This document shows positions 1-10,800 of a stretch of DNA of 42,185 bases, in pieces. The stretch spans positions 1 to 42,185 of IMG/VR virus record IMGVR_UViG_3300012667_000090, one strand, 5' to 3'. Below the pieces are notes generated by a model. The model did no database searches, was not told the origin of the DNA, and worked only from the letters and a program-made list of their open reading frames with translations. How positions within the stretch are numbered: position 1 is the stretch's first letter; the number at the start of each line of letters is the position of its first letter. Source of the DNA: a virus (Duplodnaviria > Caudoviricetes). Made by a program: the position numbers and the translations under genes.

Positions 1-11
1 TGCCCTCTTTT
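1..11 (+). terminator. Probable 3' arm and U-tract of an intrinsic terminator cut by the window start
   Basis: The window opens with tgccctctttt (GC run then T-tract) just upstream of the connector genes; the 5' arm is not visible. Confidence 0.3.
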
Positions 12-47
12 GCGTATATGTATGATAATATAGATAAAGGAGAAATA

Positions 48-419
48 ATGTCAGAAGATCTAACCATTAAGTCAAAGACAAAGGGTATGCCTTCTACCGT
101 AGATAGCTCAACTGAGAGCTCGGTAATCGGTTCATCAACTACAACTCGTGAGGGTAAAACCAATAAAAAGGGTTCTGTAGCTGTGACCAACAATGGGGCA
201 ATTGGCTCCCCAAATGCAGATAACAACAATGTCCCAACCAAAACTGTTGTAGACAACAAAGTAGCTGTATTTTCAACCAAGAATGTTGACTGGCCTGGTG
301 TTGGCAAGGTAGTCAAGGGATACAATATCGTATCTAAAGAGCAGTCAGAGAAGTGGTCTACACGTAACCACATCCGTATTGCATCGCCACAAGAAGTAGC
401 ACAGGAGTTTGGTCTATAA
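48..419 (+). CDS. Hypothetical protein at the head-connector junction
   Basis: ORF 18..419; an AAGGAG SD upstream of ATG48 makes 48 the likely start; S/T-rich N-half and compact C-terminal domain. Confidence 0.75.
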   Translation: MSEDLTIKSKTKGMPSTVDSSTESSVIGSSTTTREGKTNKKGSVAVTNNGAIGSPNADNNNVPTKTVVDNKVAVFSTKNVDWPGVGKVVKGYNIVSKEQSEKWSTRNHIRIASPQEVAQEFGL

Positions 420-420
420 C

Positions 421-1308
421 ATGGAGATACTGAGAGTTCCACCATATAACGTACAGGTGACATTTGATGTTGCTAATGCATCATCACAGTACCACGTTAC
501 TATCGAGGATATGACGGATCACTCAATTACATCTTCATACATCGTTTCTACTTCAGGTTCAAAGGTTGTTGTGCCTTTGCCATCTGACTACGATGGGTCA
601 TACTTTATAACTGTAGGTGGAGACGAGTATGAGGTAGACGTAGTCCGCCCATACTCCGATCCAACTGCTGTGCCAGGACTAACAACTGCATCAGAGATTG
701 CAGCATACACTAAGAACGAGGAAATCGCAAGAGCCATTATTGACTCTGTAATTCAAGAAGGTTTTTACTACAAGAAAGAGTACATTGAACATGCTGGTAT
801 CGGTGCAGACTATATGCCTATCTGGAAAGATGTAAAGCAAGTTCTACAGGTAAAAGAAAACAATGTTTTAATATACGATCACAATCTAGAAAATGCTTTT
901 GTTCTTGACTTTGTGGTAACTAAGGACAACTCGGCAATCGTTATGTCTTATGCTGGCGAACTAAATCGCAATGAGGGTGCACCGATTGTGCTACCAGCTG
1001 GATCATCAGACTATGTTGGTGCAGGCTATAGTCGGTTTGGAACATTTAAGAATGGTTATGACTATGAAATTCTAGTTCTTTCTGGGTATAAGAGATTGCC
1101 AAAAGATATTGAGCGTGCAACAGAACTTCTAATTGATGATCTAGCCTGTGGAAGACTTGACTACTGGAAGTCATATGTTACTGGATACGACACAGACCAG
1201 TTTAAGTTGAAGTTTGACACACGAGTATTTGAGGGAACAGGAAACATCATTGTAGATAAGATACTTTCTAAGTATTCTAAGTCTATTACTACCGTCGGAG
1301 TTCTGTAA
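421..1308 (+). CDS. Putative head-to-tail adaptor
   Basis: ATG421 directly follows the upstream TAA; C-terminal 'SGYKRLPKDIERATELLI...ILSKY' resembles gp6/gp15-like adaptors; synteny. Confidence 0.65.
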   Translation: MEILRVPPYNVQVTFDVANASSQYHVTIEDMTDHSITSSYIVSTSGSKVVVPLPSDYDGSYFITVGGDEYEVDVVRPYSDPTAVPGLTTASEIAAYTKNEEIARAIIDSVIQEGFYYKKEYIEHAGIGADYMPIWKDVKQVLQVKENNVLIYDHNLENAFVLDFVVTKDNSAIVMSYAGELNRNEGAPIVLPAGSSDYVGAGYSRFGTFKNGYDYEILVLSGYKRLPKDIERATELLIDDLACGRLDYWKSYVTGYDTDQFKLKFDTRVFEGTGNIIVDKILSKYSKSITTVGVL

Positions 1309-1754
1309 TGATTTGCGAAACTCCAACAGTAATCTTTCCAATGCAAGCAGATGTCTACTATCCAATAGTAGAGCAAAGTGCTTATGGCAACGTGACCAAG
1401 ACATGGATTCTAGATAAAACAATTGTTGGAAACTTTTCTCCAGCTGGATCCTCTACAAAAGAAGAGATTGTTCCAAACGTAAACATTACCCAGGATAAGC
1501 TAGTTCTGGGTAGAATAAAGTCAGACCTTCGTATCTCTAGTAATGAGAATATGAGCTCAATTACCAATGTTATTGTAACAAACATTAGAGATCGTATATC
1601 TAATGAAATATATATAGAAACATCTGGTCCTCGTGTTGGCAAGTCTACAATCTTTGAAGTAGCAACACAAGAGCCACACATTGGTCCTTTTGGAACGGTA
1701 GACTTTTATAAGCTAATACTACGCAGATCCGAGAACCAAGCAGTGGACGTATGA
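1308..1754 (+). CDS. Putative head-to-tail stopper/closure protein
   Basis: TAATG coupling; 148 aa, beta-rich, 'EQSAYGNVTKTW' pattern typical of stoppers; synteny. Confidence 0.55.
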   Translation: MICETPTVIFPMQADVYYPIVEQSAYGNVTKTWILDKTIVGNFSPAGSSTKEEIVPNVNITQDKLVLGRIKSDLRISSNENMSSITNVIVTNIRDRISNEIYIETSGPRVGKSTIFEVATQEPHIGPFGTVDFYKLILRRSENQAVDV

Positions 1755-2419
1755 TACCAACACTAGATGACAAGCGGTTCATGTCAGACATGAACAACAT
1801 CCTCGACTACGCAATAGGCTTTATTGAAGGTGCCCAAAGAGGTAAAGTTCAAATGCTTAAGGGTCTAGGTGCCGAGGTATCAGAAATGATATGCAACTAT
1901 ATAGATGCTAGTGCCAGAGTTAACCCACAATCACTACACCACGTTTATGAATGGTACCAGGTTGGTAGCCCAGACGCAAGACTATTTGATATATCATACG
2001 TAGCGAATAGCTCTGGTTTGTCAATTAACTCAACACTTACTCAATCACTATCTGTACAGCGTGGGTCTAAGGTTCCGTTCTACAACAAGGCACAGATTAT
2101 GGAAAACGGTGTAACACTAAGAGTCGCACCAAAAGAGTCAACAGTGCTAGCTTTTGATGACAATGGCGAGAAGGTATTTACAAGGAAGCCAGTTACCATT
2201 ACAGATCCAGGTGGTCCAATGGTAGAGGGGGAGTTTGAGAGAACACTTAAGCAGTTCTTCTCTAGCTACATGTCTCAGGCAATACTGTCTTCTAGCGGTA
2301 TTTTGAGAAACCTAGGAAACCCAGTAGACTTTAAAACTAATCTTCAGCAAGGTAAAAAGGGTGGAAGATCTGTTGGACTTAAAGTAGGGTATAATTGGAT
2401 GACTAGGAGTTCTAACTAA
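1751..2419 (+). CDS. Putative neck/tail-completion protein
   Basis: ATGA coupling; lies between the stopper-like and terminator-like genes. Confidence 0.5.
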   Translation: MIPTLDDKRFMSDMNNILDYAIGFIEGAQRGKVQMLKGLGAEVSEMICNYIDASARVNPQSLHHVYEWYQVGSPDARLFDISYVANSSGLSINSTLTQSLSVQRGSKVPFYNKAQIMENGVTLRVAPKESTVLAFDDNGEKVFTRKPVTITDPGGPMVEGEFERTLKQFFSSYMSQAILSSSGILRNLGNPVDFKTNLQQGKKGGRSVGLKVGYNWMTRSSN

Positions 2420-2964
2420 TGGCTATTACTTACCCACCAGTACTCATTAACGAGTACCTTTCAGAGAAGATTGGCGACCGCTTGCCAGATAGGTTCTCAA
2501 GCTCGCTTAAGTTTTTCCCAACCCTGCCAACCGACATTAATGCTCTTACAGAAACATTCCCTGCTGCCGCTAACGATGTTTTCGGGGTATATGACAGAAT
2601 GTTTAAAATGCGTAGAGGTCCATTCCCACACATTAAGTGCGAACAGCTACTTTACTACTTCTACAAGATGAACAGTGATCCAGAAGCACTAATAGAAACA
2701 TCACAGGTTGTAGCAGATCTTCTTGACCGAGGAGACGAATCAGCACAAGAGCTAAACGCATGGATTGCTAGCAAGGCTGTCGGTAATACAATTACATTTG
2801 GTACTGGCAATCTAGCTAGAGAGTTTAAGCCAGTTTTCTTCCACAGCATTAAGATATACCAGCTTGAAGAGACACGAGACATTGTTGATTTCGGTACCGC
2901 AAGAACTTATGCTGGAAACAAGATTATTATAGACTATGACTACCATGTCAGGGATTATAATTAA
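2419..2964 (+). CDS. Putative tail terminator
   Basis: TAATG coupling; 181 aa immediately upstream of the major tail gene. Confidence 0.5.
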   Translation: MAITYPPVLINEYLSEKIGDRLPDRFSSSLKFFPTLPTDINALTETFPAAANDVFGVYDRMFKMRRGPFPHIKCEQLLYYFYKMNSDPEALIETSQVVADLLDRGDESAQELNAWIASKAVGNTITFGTGNLAREFKPVFFHSIKIYQLEETRDIVDFGTARTYAGNKIIIDYDYHVRDYN

Positions 2965-2975
2965 TTAAAAACGCA

Positions 2976-2984
2976 TGCTATACT
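2976..2984 (+). promoter_or_regulatory. Extended -10 promoter (TGcTATACT) for the major tail gene
   Basis: TGnTATAnT in the intergenic gap; GAGGTG SD precedes ATG3040. Confidence 0.7.
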
Positions 2985-3039
2985 TATAACGAGGAAACAT
3001 CGCCCATTATTCCTAATAGAAAAATGAGGTGAAAAAATT

Positions 3040-3693
3040 ATGGCATATACACGTGGTCAAAGTGCAAACATCATTGTTGGTGCAGCAGCACTTTTTACAT
3101 ATGAGCCAGTTGGCGGAGCTAGCACCCTTTCGGATGCAGATCTTCCAGCACTCGTTGAGGACGTATCGTTCAAGGAGACTCTCTCCAGCGACGCTGACTT
3201 CCGTAACGTTGGTTACACATCTAACGGTCTAGAGATCCAGTTCCAGCCTGACTTCGGTGAAGTTCAGGTTGACCAGGTTCTTGACGTTGCCAAGCTTTAC
3301 AAGCAGGGTATGCAGGTTAACCTTAACACTGCATTCGCTGAGGCAACTCTCGAAAACCTACTCTTCTCTCTAGCTGGTCAGGATTCAGACCTTGCTACCA
3401 TTGGTTCTGGTTGGGGTGCAGGAAATGCAGCTCTTAACCTTTCCGCTGGTGACATCGGTGAATGTCCTGTAGAGCGTGGTCTCGTAGCAGTTGGTCCAGG
3501 TACAGGTGACTGTGCTGCGTCCGAGTCTATCGAGCGTATCTACGTTGCATACCGTGCACTCTCAATCGAGAGCGTTACAGTATCTGCAAAGCGTGACGAA
3601 GCAACTATGTTTGAGGTGTCTTTCCGACTCCTTCCAAACGACTCTGCTTCTTACGGTAAGATCGTAGACCGTACTCTCTCTCTTATTTCCTAA
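3040..3693 (+). CDS. Major tail (tube) protein
   Basis: 'NIIVGAA...VGYTSNGLEIQF...VDQ...T..AEATLENL' tail-tube pattern; strong SD, biased codons, followed by a terminator. Confidence 0.85.
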   Translation: MAYTRGQSANIIVGAAALFTYEPVGGASTLSDADLPALVEDVSFKETLSSDADFRNVGYTSNGLEIQFQPDFGEVQVDQVLDVAKLYKQGMQVNLNTAFAEATLENLLFSLAGQDSDLATIGSGWGAGNAALNLSAGDIGECPVERGLVAVGPGTGDCAASESIERIYVAYRALSIESVTVSAKRDEATMFEVSFRLLPNDSASYGKIVDRTLSLIS

Positions 3694-3714
3694 TAAATAA
3701 GCGAAGTACACATT

Positions 3715-3755
3715 GGGGCTGCCCAAGCATTAAGTTGCTTGGGCAGCTCTATTTT
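3715..3755 (+). terminator. Intrinsic terminator after the major tail gene
   Basis: Perfect 12-bp stem GCTGCCCAAGCA/TGCTTGGGCAGC with a 6-nt loop, extendable by G-U pairs, followed by attttg. Confidence 0.85.
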
Positions 3756-3763
3756 GCTATACT
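3735..3763 (+). promoter_or_regulatory. Leaderless-type promoter TTGCTT-17-(TGc)TATACT, with ATG3770 6 nt after the -10
   Basis: -10 at 3758-3763, 6-nt gap, ATG, no SD; the -35-like hexamer lies in the terminator stem. Confidence 0.7.
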
Positions 3764-3769
3764 GTACTA

Positions 3770-4483
3770 ATGGCTACCAAAATATATAATCAGGGCACAG
3801 TGAACCTGATTGACGGAACAGAACTAGAGATCATTCCGCTTAAGATTAAATATCTGCGTGAGTTTATGACTATGTTTGAGTTTGTAAAAACAGCTTCTGA
3901 TGATGATGAAGCTATGCACTTTTTGGCGGAATGTGCAGCAATAGCCATGAAGCAATTCAAGCCAGAGATAAGCACACGTATTGGTATAGAAGACAATATG
4001 GACATGCCAAACGTATACAAGCTAATAGACATCGCTGCTGGAATTAAATTAAACAGTGAGCCAGATGAAACAGTTGCAAAGGATGCAACTTCAAAAGGAC
4101 AGACATGGGCAGACCTTGATCTAGCAAAGCTAGAATCCGAGATCTTCCTTGTTGGCAAATGGAAAGACTATGCTGAGCTAGAGCTATCAATGTCTATGCC
4201 AGAAATCATAGCTACTCTTGGATCAAAGAGAGATCTTGATTATGAAGAGAAAAAGTTTCTTGCTGCGATTCAAGGAGTCGATTTAGATAAAGACTCTGGA
4301 AAAACAAATGCATGGGAAGAAATGAAGGCCAGGGTATTCAGTGGTGGAAAGACTGGAGACCCTAGTGATGTGGTAGCATTACAAGGAGCGAATGCAGCTA
4401 AGGCTGGCTTCGGTATCGGTATGGGACTTGGATACGAAAACGTTTCTGCTACTGGATCACAACCTTTTGGTAAAAACAAATAA
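3770..4483 (+). CDS. Tail assembly chaperone, long (GT-like) form
   Basis: Lies between tail tube and tape measure genes; N-terminal ~95 aa is paralogous to 4530..4844; C-terminal extension 'W.DY.ELE..MSMPE' resembles T-type domains. Confidence 0.75.
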   Translation: MATKIYNQGTVNLIDGTELEIIPLKIKYLREFMTMFEFVKTASDDDEAMHFLAECAAIAMKQFKPEISTRIGIEDNMDMPNVYKLIDIAAGIKLNSEPDETVAKDATSKGQTWADLDLAKLESEIFLVGKWKDYAELELSMSMPEIIATLGSKRDLDYEEKKFLAAIQGVDLDKDSGKTNAWEEMKARVFSGGKTGDPSDVVALQGANAAKAGFGIGMGLGYENVSATGSQPFGKNK

Positions 4484-4491
4484 AGTCTCTA

Positions 4492-4500
4492 TGTTATAAT
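4492..4500 (+). promoter_or_regulatory. Consensus extended -10 promoter TGtTATAAT
   Basis: Perfect TGnTATAAT in the gap; AGGAGG SD before ATG4530. Confidence 0.75.
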
Positions 4501-4529
4501 TGATTAAAGCCTATTAGGAGGACATTACT

Positions 4530-4844
4530 ATGACTACATCAGTCAGCGAAGCAAAAACAATTACACTAATCGATGGAACTGAAATTACTGTACGACCACT
4601 TAAGATTTCTCTTCTTCGTCTATTCATGAAGAAGTTTGAGGATATTGCAAAGGTTGCAGACGATAACGATAAATCAACAACAGTACTAATGGAATGCGTT
4701 CAGATCGCAATGCAGCAGTACGCACCAGAGCTAGCGGATGACCGCAAGGCACTGGAAGACAATCTAGACCTACCTACGGTCTATAAGATTGTCGAAGAGG
4801 CTTCTGGCGTGAAGCTCGGAGAAGTTGCAAGTCTTCTCAACTAA
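4530..4844 (+). CDS. Tail assembly chaperone, short (G-like) form
   Basis: 104 aa directly upstream of the tape measure gene; shares LIDGTE, PLKI, EC..IAM and EDN.D.P.VYK with the upstream gene. Confidence 0.75.
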   Translation: MTTSVSEAKTITLIDGTEITVRPLKISLLRLFMKKFEDIAKVADDNDKSTTVLMECVQIAMQQYAPELADDRKALEDNLDLPTVYKIVEEASGVKLGEVASLLN

Positions 4845-4862
4845 TCACGAGGTGTAAATTGA

Positions 4863-7800
4863 ATGGCTGATATCGAGTCAAATATTGATATTAATATTAA
4901 TGCTAACCAGGCATTAGCTTCTATCAAACGACTTCAGGCAGAGATATCAGCCTTTCACCAAGCCATGTCCAAGGGCAGTGCCAAGGCCGCCCAGGAAGCT
5001 GCACTGCTACAGCAACAGCTTGTAAACTCAATTAATGCTACAGGCAAATTCTCTGCAACAATGCAGACAGTTTCTACAAGTACAGAGTCATTCACTACTG
5101 CACTTGAAAAGAACAAAATGTCCATGGGGCAATACTTCAAGTATGCCATGGGTGCAACAGAAGGTTTCGGAAGACTATTCCGCACAGAGTTTGACACAAT
5201 TGAAAAGGTTGCTCGTGAACGAGTAAAGACCCTACAGACTCAATACATTAAGCTTGGCCGTGATGCTAACGGTGCAATGAAGGCAATCTCTGTAAGACCT
5301 CTTGCACTTGACATGGAAGACCTTGGAACCAAGGTAGCCATTACAGCTCAAAAGCAACAGCTACTTAATCAGCTACTTAAGCAGGGCTCAACAAACCTAC
5401 TTAACTTTGGTAAGAATACTCAGTGGGCTGGTCGTCAGCTCATGGTTGGTTTTACGGTACCACTAACAATCTTCGGTGCAACAGCATCTAGAGAGTTCAT
5501 GAAGATCGAAGAGCAGGCTCTTAGATTTAAGCGTGTATACGGCGATAGCATGACCCCATCAGATCAGACTGACAAGATGATTGAACAAATCCGTGAACTA
5601 TCTGGTGAATTTACTAAGTACGGCGTATCCGTAGAGAAGACTATGGCTCTTGCTGCAGATGCTGCTGCAATGGGTAAGCAGGGTGCAGACCTAATTGCTC
5701 AGGTAACAGAGGCAAACAAGCTTGCCGTACTTGGTGGGGTAGAACAGTCAGCAGCACTAGAAACAACAACATCACTTACTAACGCATTTGGTGTAGCAGC
5801 AGATCAACTATCTGGAAAGATTAACTTCCTTAACGCAGTTGAAAACCAGACAGTCACATCCATTGAAGACCTTACAGAGGCAATCCCTAAGGCTGGTCCA
5901 GTCGTACAGCAGCTTGGTGGAGATGTAGAAGACTTGGCCTTCTTCCTTACAGCTATGAAGGAAGGTGGAATCGATGCAGCAGAAGGTGCAAACGCACTAA
6001 AGTCTGGTCTTGCTTCGATGATTAACCCAACTAAGGAAGCTACAGATCAGCTTGCTGGTATGGGTATTAACCTTAAGGCTATTGTCGATAACAACGCTGG
6101 AAACGTAAAGAACATGGTTACTGGTCTAGCAACTGAGCTAGACACACTAACAAGTATTGACAGAGCTAAGGCAATTGAGACACTATTTGGTAAGTTCCAG
6201 TTTGCCCGTATGTCAACACTATTCCAGAACGTAATCGCAGAGGGTAGTCAGGCATCCAGAGTCCTAGAGCTAACCAACGCTTCAACACAAGAGCTTGCAA
6301 TCTTGGCTGAACGAGAAATGAAGCGAATCGAAGATTCTCCAATGTACAAGTTCCAGAAGGTAATGGAAGACCTTAAGGCATCTCTAGCACCAATTGGTGA
6401 AGCATTCCTCAAGGCCGTAACTCCAATTATTGAGTGGGGTACTGGAATTCTTAAGTCGTTTGACAACATGGGTGAGGGTGCAAAGCAGTTCCTGACAGTT
6501 GCAGTAGCTGCAATTGCAGGTCTTGGTCCAATCCTACTCATGACATTTGGTCTAATGGCCAACGGTATTGCTAACATCATCAAGATGTTTGGTGTAATGG
6601 GTGGACTATTCGGTAAGCTTAGCGGTCAGTCTACAACACTTGGTCTAAACACTCAGTACATGACTCAGGAACAGCTAGAGGCGGCATCTGTTGCGGCATC
6701 ACTAAACCAGACACATCAGTCGCTAGTTCAGACATTTACATCAGAGGCTACAGCCGTACAGGCTTTGGCTGCAGCATACAGAAACGCAGCTGTTGCTATT
6801 CAAGGAGTACAGCGTCCAATGATGCCTGGTGCACCAATGCCAGGTGGTGCTGGAACAAAGAAGTACGCAAAGGGAGCATACAGTGTTCCTGGTCCAAAGG
6901 GTGCTGGCGATGTTGTACCTGCAATGCTTTCTCCTGGAGAAGCGGTTATCCCTGCAGATAAGGCAGAGCAGTACCGTGGACTAATTCAAGGAATTATAGC
7001 TGGAACAATTCCAGGATTTACGCTCGGTACTGATAGAGTTGGCGAAACATTCCTAGAAGAAGACAGATCTTGGGTAAACAATACTCTAGCTAACGTTCCA
7101 GACGAGCTAGCCCCAGGAAAGATTAATAAAACAAAATCTAATCTTGAGGAATTATCTTTTAGACGAATTTCTGTAGCAAGAAAGAAAAATAATGGAGAGC
7201 TTGTATCTAGATATAAGGCAGAGTTTGAAAAGCATATAGCTGCTGGAGTCAAGTCTGAGGGTGGCATGAAGGATGCCTTTAAGGAGTCACCTTCTGGCCA
7301 AGACATCATGGCAGAGATTGACACAAGAACAAGACCAGACAGGTTAAAGACTGAGCAGCTCCACGCAGACGCTGGAGTCTCTCTTACACCATCACAACTT
7401 GTTGCTGCTAAAGATAAGATTGGCGGCTCTGGTACTGCTGGTTTTAAAGATCTTGCAACATTCCTAGTAGAGAATGGTTTAGAAGATGCCGTATCATTCT
7501 CAGCAAAAACTGGAAAGACTAGAGCTGGCGGTGCAAAGATCAACAAGGATCAGGCCCGTACAACTGGAAGCAATCCTGGTGCAGATATTGGTGAAGTTCT
7601 TGCAGACTACACGAAATATGACTCAAAGTCTGGATGGTCAGAGTCTGTTAAGAAGCATGGCCAGGGAGACATAAATGACGAAGAGCTAGTACGTGAGCTA
7701 GAGGCTTACGATGCAGATGTTGTTGCAATAGTACAGAGACACCAACAGGATGGTATTGAGAAGATTGTAGATTCAAGAGAAGATCTCAAGAAACTACAAG

Positions 7801-10800
7801 ATCGAGGAATTGATACATCGAAGTTTATGTCTATGGAAGATGTTTATGCAGAGGCAGATGCTAATATTAATCCAGATGGCAAGCTAAGACCTGTATTTGA
7901 TAAAGCCAAGGAAAAGATAACCCAGGTACGTGCAAACATAACTGGAAGAAAACAAATCGAAGACTGGGTTGGCGACGATCCTGAAAGAAGAGCACAGGCA
8001 GATGCAGCACTTAGAGCTGGTGGGGTAGCAAATAGATCTAGTGATACCAAGTCAGCTTCTGGATCTGTTAGCGAGATAGAAAAGCTAAAAGAAGAACTTG
8101 TAGATTCTGTAGAAGAGTCTGGACAGATGCAGTCTCCATCAAAGAGAATGAAGAAGGCTGGAGAAAATCTTGTAGCTGGTCTTGAAGAGGGTGTTGAGTC
8201 TGGCTCTGGTGACATCAAGGATGCAGGAAAAGCTGCTGGTGGAAAGATTGACGCTGAGGCTGCAAGGCGTGTTCGTGAAGAGGTAAGAGCTGCTCAGATA
8301 GAAGAAGATAAACGACTTGGTATATCGTCTTCTGTTGGGCCAGTACCAGTTGCTGTTCCAACAAGAAAGCCAGCAAAGCTTGTAACTGGTGAAGTTGCAA
8401 TGACAGATGTTGAGAACGCAACTAGGCGTGCACAGCGTGAGTCTGGAATGCTCGATGGCTCTGGTAGCCCAACGGCAGATAGAATTGCTGCAAAACTTTC
8501 TGGTGGACTCGACTGGGTACGTGGAAAAGCACCAAGACTAGCTGCTGTAATTGATAACAAGCTTAACGATCTAGATAAAATGCTTGACCTTGAGGGTAGA
8601 CACCAGGCCGAAGCAGATGCAGCTGCACAGCGTGTAGTCGTTGCACGAGAAAAGATGGCGGCAGCTCTAGAAACAGAAGCAGCTCGTATGTCAGCTGCAG
8701 GAGAAACTGGTCCAGTATCTGTAGACCCATCAAAGGTATTAAGTAGAAGAGAACTCATTGACTATGAGAGATCACAGATTGATGAAGAAGCAAGAAACAG
8801 AAAAGATTTAGCACGACAGAAGAGACAAAAGCGAGCTGCAGCAATTGGTTCAGTTGGTGCTGTTGCGTCTACAGCTGTCGGTATGATGTCTATGGCTGGT
8901 GGAGATCTTGGAAACTTTGCACAGTCTGTCGGTCCAGCAGTAATAGCATTCTCAACACTCGGCCCAATGCTAACAGCTATGCCACCACAGGCAGCTATTG
9001 CTGTGGGTGCCATCGGTGCATTAGTCGGGGCATTCGTAGCAATCAAGACTAATCTAGATAACGTAAGAGCAGAAGCAATGAAGACAGCTGAAGCTCTAGG
9101 CACAAGCGAGTCAGCCCTTAGAAAGTATGCTGAATTCTCTGGACGTGTAACTGCTGGTGAAATTAAGGATAAAGAGCGAGCAGCACAGGCTACTGGCTAT
9201 GGCGTTCAGGCTGGTAAGGGATCATTTGGTCTAAACTTTATGCAGTCCGAGCAAGGCAAGGCACTTCTAGAATCTGTAAAGACAGCTCGTAAGGGTGGTG
9301 CAGACGTACAGTCAATGATGGTTAACCAGATGATGGCTGCAGTATCATCAGGTGCACTTGATACTACCCAGGCACGTAGCGTAATTGCACAGCTTGCTAC
9401 AGAGATGGGTGACTATGACTTTGGTATCAAGGTAAACGGAGAGCTAAGTCAGCTTCTTGGTCCAAACGGAGAAAATGTCCTCAAGGATCCAATCGGCATT
9501 CGCATTAAGATGATTGAGGATAGAAACGCTCAACTCGCTAAGGGTGCAAAGAGAATTAACGATGTCGCAGCTGGTGGTGCATCTGCACAGACTGCACTTG
9601 GTGGCATAGGAGCTGTAGCTGGTGGGGCAGCTGCACTTGCTGGTGGGCTAGGTGCTGTAACTGCATTTGGAGCAGCTGTAACTGGAGCAGCGGCTGGTAC
9701 ATCATCCATAGCGGCAACATTCCTAGGACTTTCCGCTGCAACTGGTCCAATTGGCCTTGCAGTAGCTGGTGTAGCTGCCCTAGGACTTGGAATTTGGGCG
9801 GCATACGATGGAACACAAAAGCTTGAGTCTGCATCAGCATCATATGTAGCACAGGGCGTAATGGCTCTACAGAATAACCAGGAAATACTTGACTCCCTAG
9901 AGGTAGAGTACCAAAAGAAGATAGACATTGCAAAGGCTGCTGGAGACCAGGCAGAAGCAGAAAGACTGACAAATGAATATCTAAACGGTAGAAATGATAT
10001 CCTTGCTGCCAGTGCACAGACTATGACATCAATGGCAAACCAGTTTGCAGGTGCAGACATGTTTGCTAAGGGTGCCATGGGTCGTTCACTTGACACCGCA
10101 ATTGAAAACCAGTATAAAGATAATGCTCTAGCACAGCAGGTAGCTATTGAAGCTAGAAACCAGATTGTTGCAACTACAGCAGATACTGAGCAGGGTAACA
10201 AGAACGAATATACCATGAAGCTAATGCTTGCTTCTGGTGATGTAGATCCTAGCCTAATGCTAAGCCTTGTGGAAACATTCAAGGACAGCGAAGCTGACAT
10301 GACTGCAATGGTTACATATATGACCAACCTCGGTACTGCTGAGGGTGCAAGACTGATGCAGACAATCAGTGCATTCCAAAATCCAGACGGAACTCCAAAT
10401 ACACAAGCACAAAAGACATTTACTTCAAACTTTGTTGAGGGCAAGGCACCAGAAGAAACAAAGAAATATCTAGACCTATTTGAAGAAATTTCAAAGGGAG
10501 AGACAGCAGGTCTGGAAATTGGTGCTGCACTAAACTTCTACAACGAAGATCCAGCTGCTGCAGAGGAAGCAGCAAACGACCTAGCCATGCTACGAGAACA
10601 AGCCAAGCAGGGGCCAATATCTCTAGACTATATCGTTACTCTTTACGGTCAAGAGGTGGGAGATATCATTGCAAGCAATCAGGCTTACTTTGAAAGTCTA
10701 CCACCAGACCAGCAGGTAGTTTACACAACAGTTCTCAAAACAGTAAGAATTGGTGTTGGTCAGGCTGGAGATAAGACAGAAGACCGCAAGGCATATATTA

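Noticed and set aside
18-47. Longest-ORF start extensions (18, 409, 31723, 32770, 40224, 41341)
   Set aside because: SD position, promoter spacing or translational coupling favour 48, 421, 31729, 32773, 40272/40281 and 41389.
4247-4258. GAG AAA AAG TTT as a frameshift site in the long chaperone gene
   Set aside because: It has only five A's and so is not an XXXYYYZ heptamer. It also lies well past the G-domain boundary, and the gene is already one frame.
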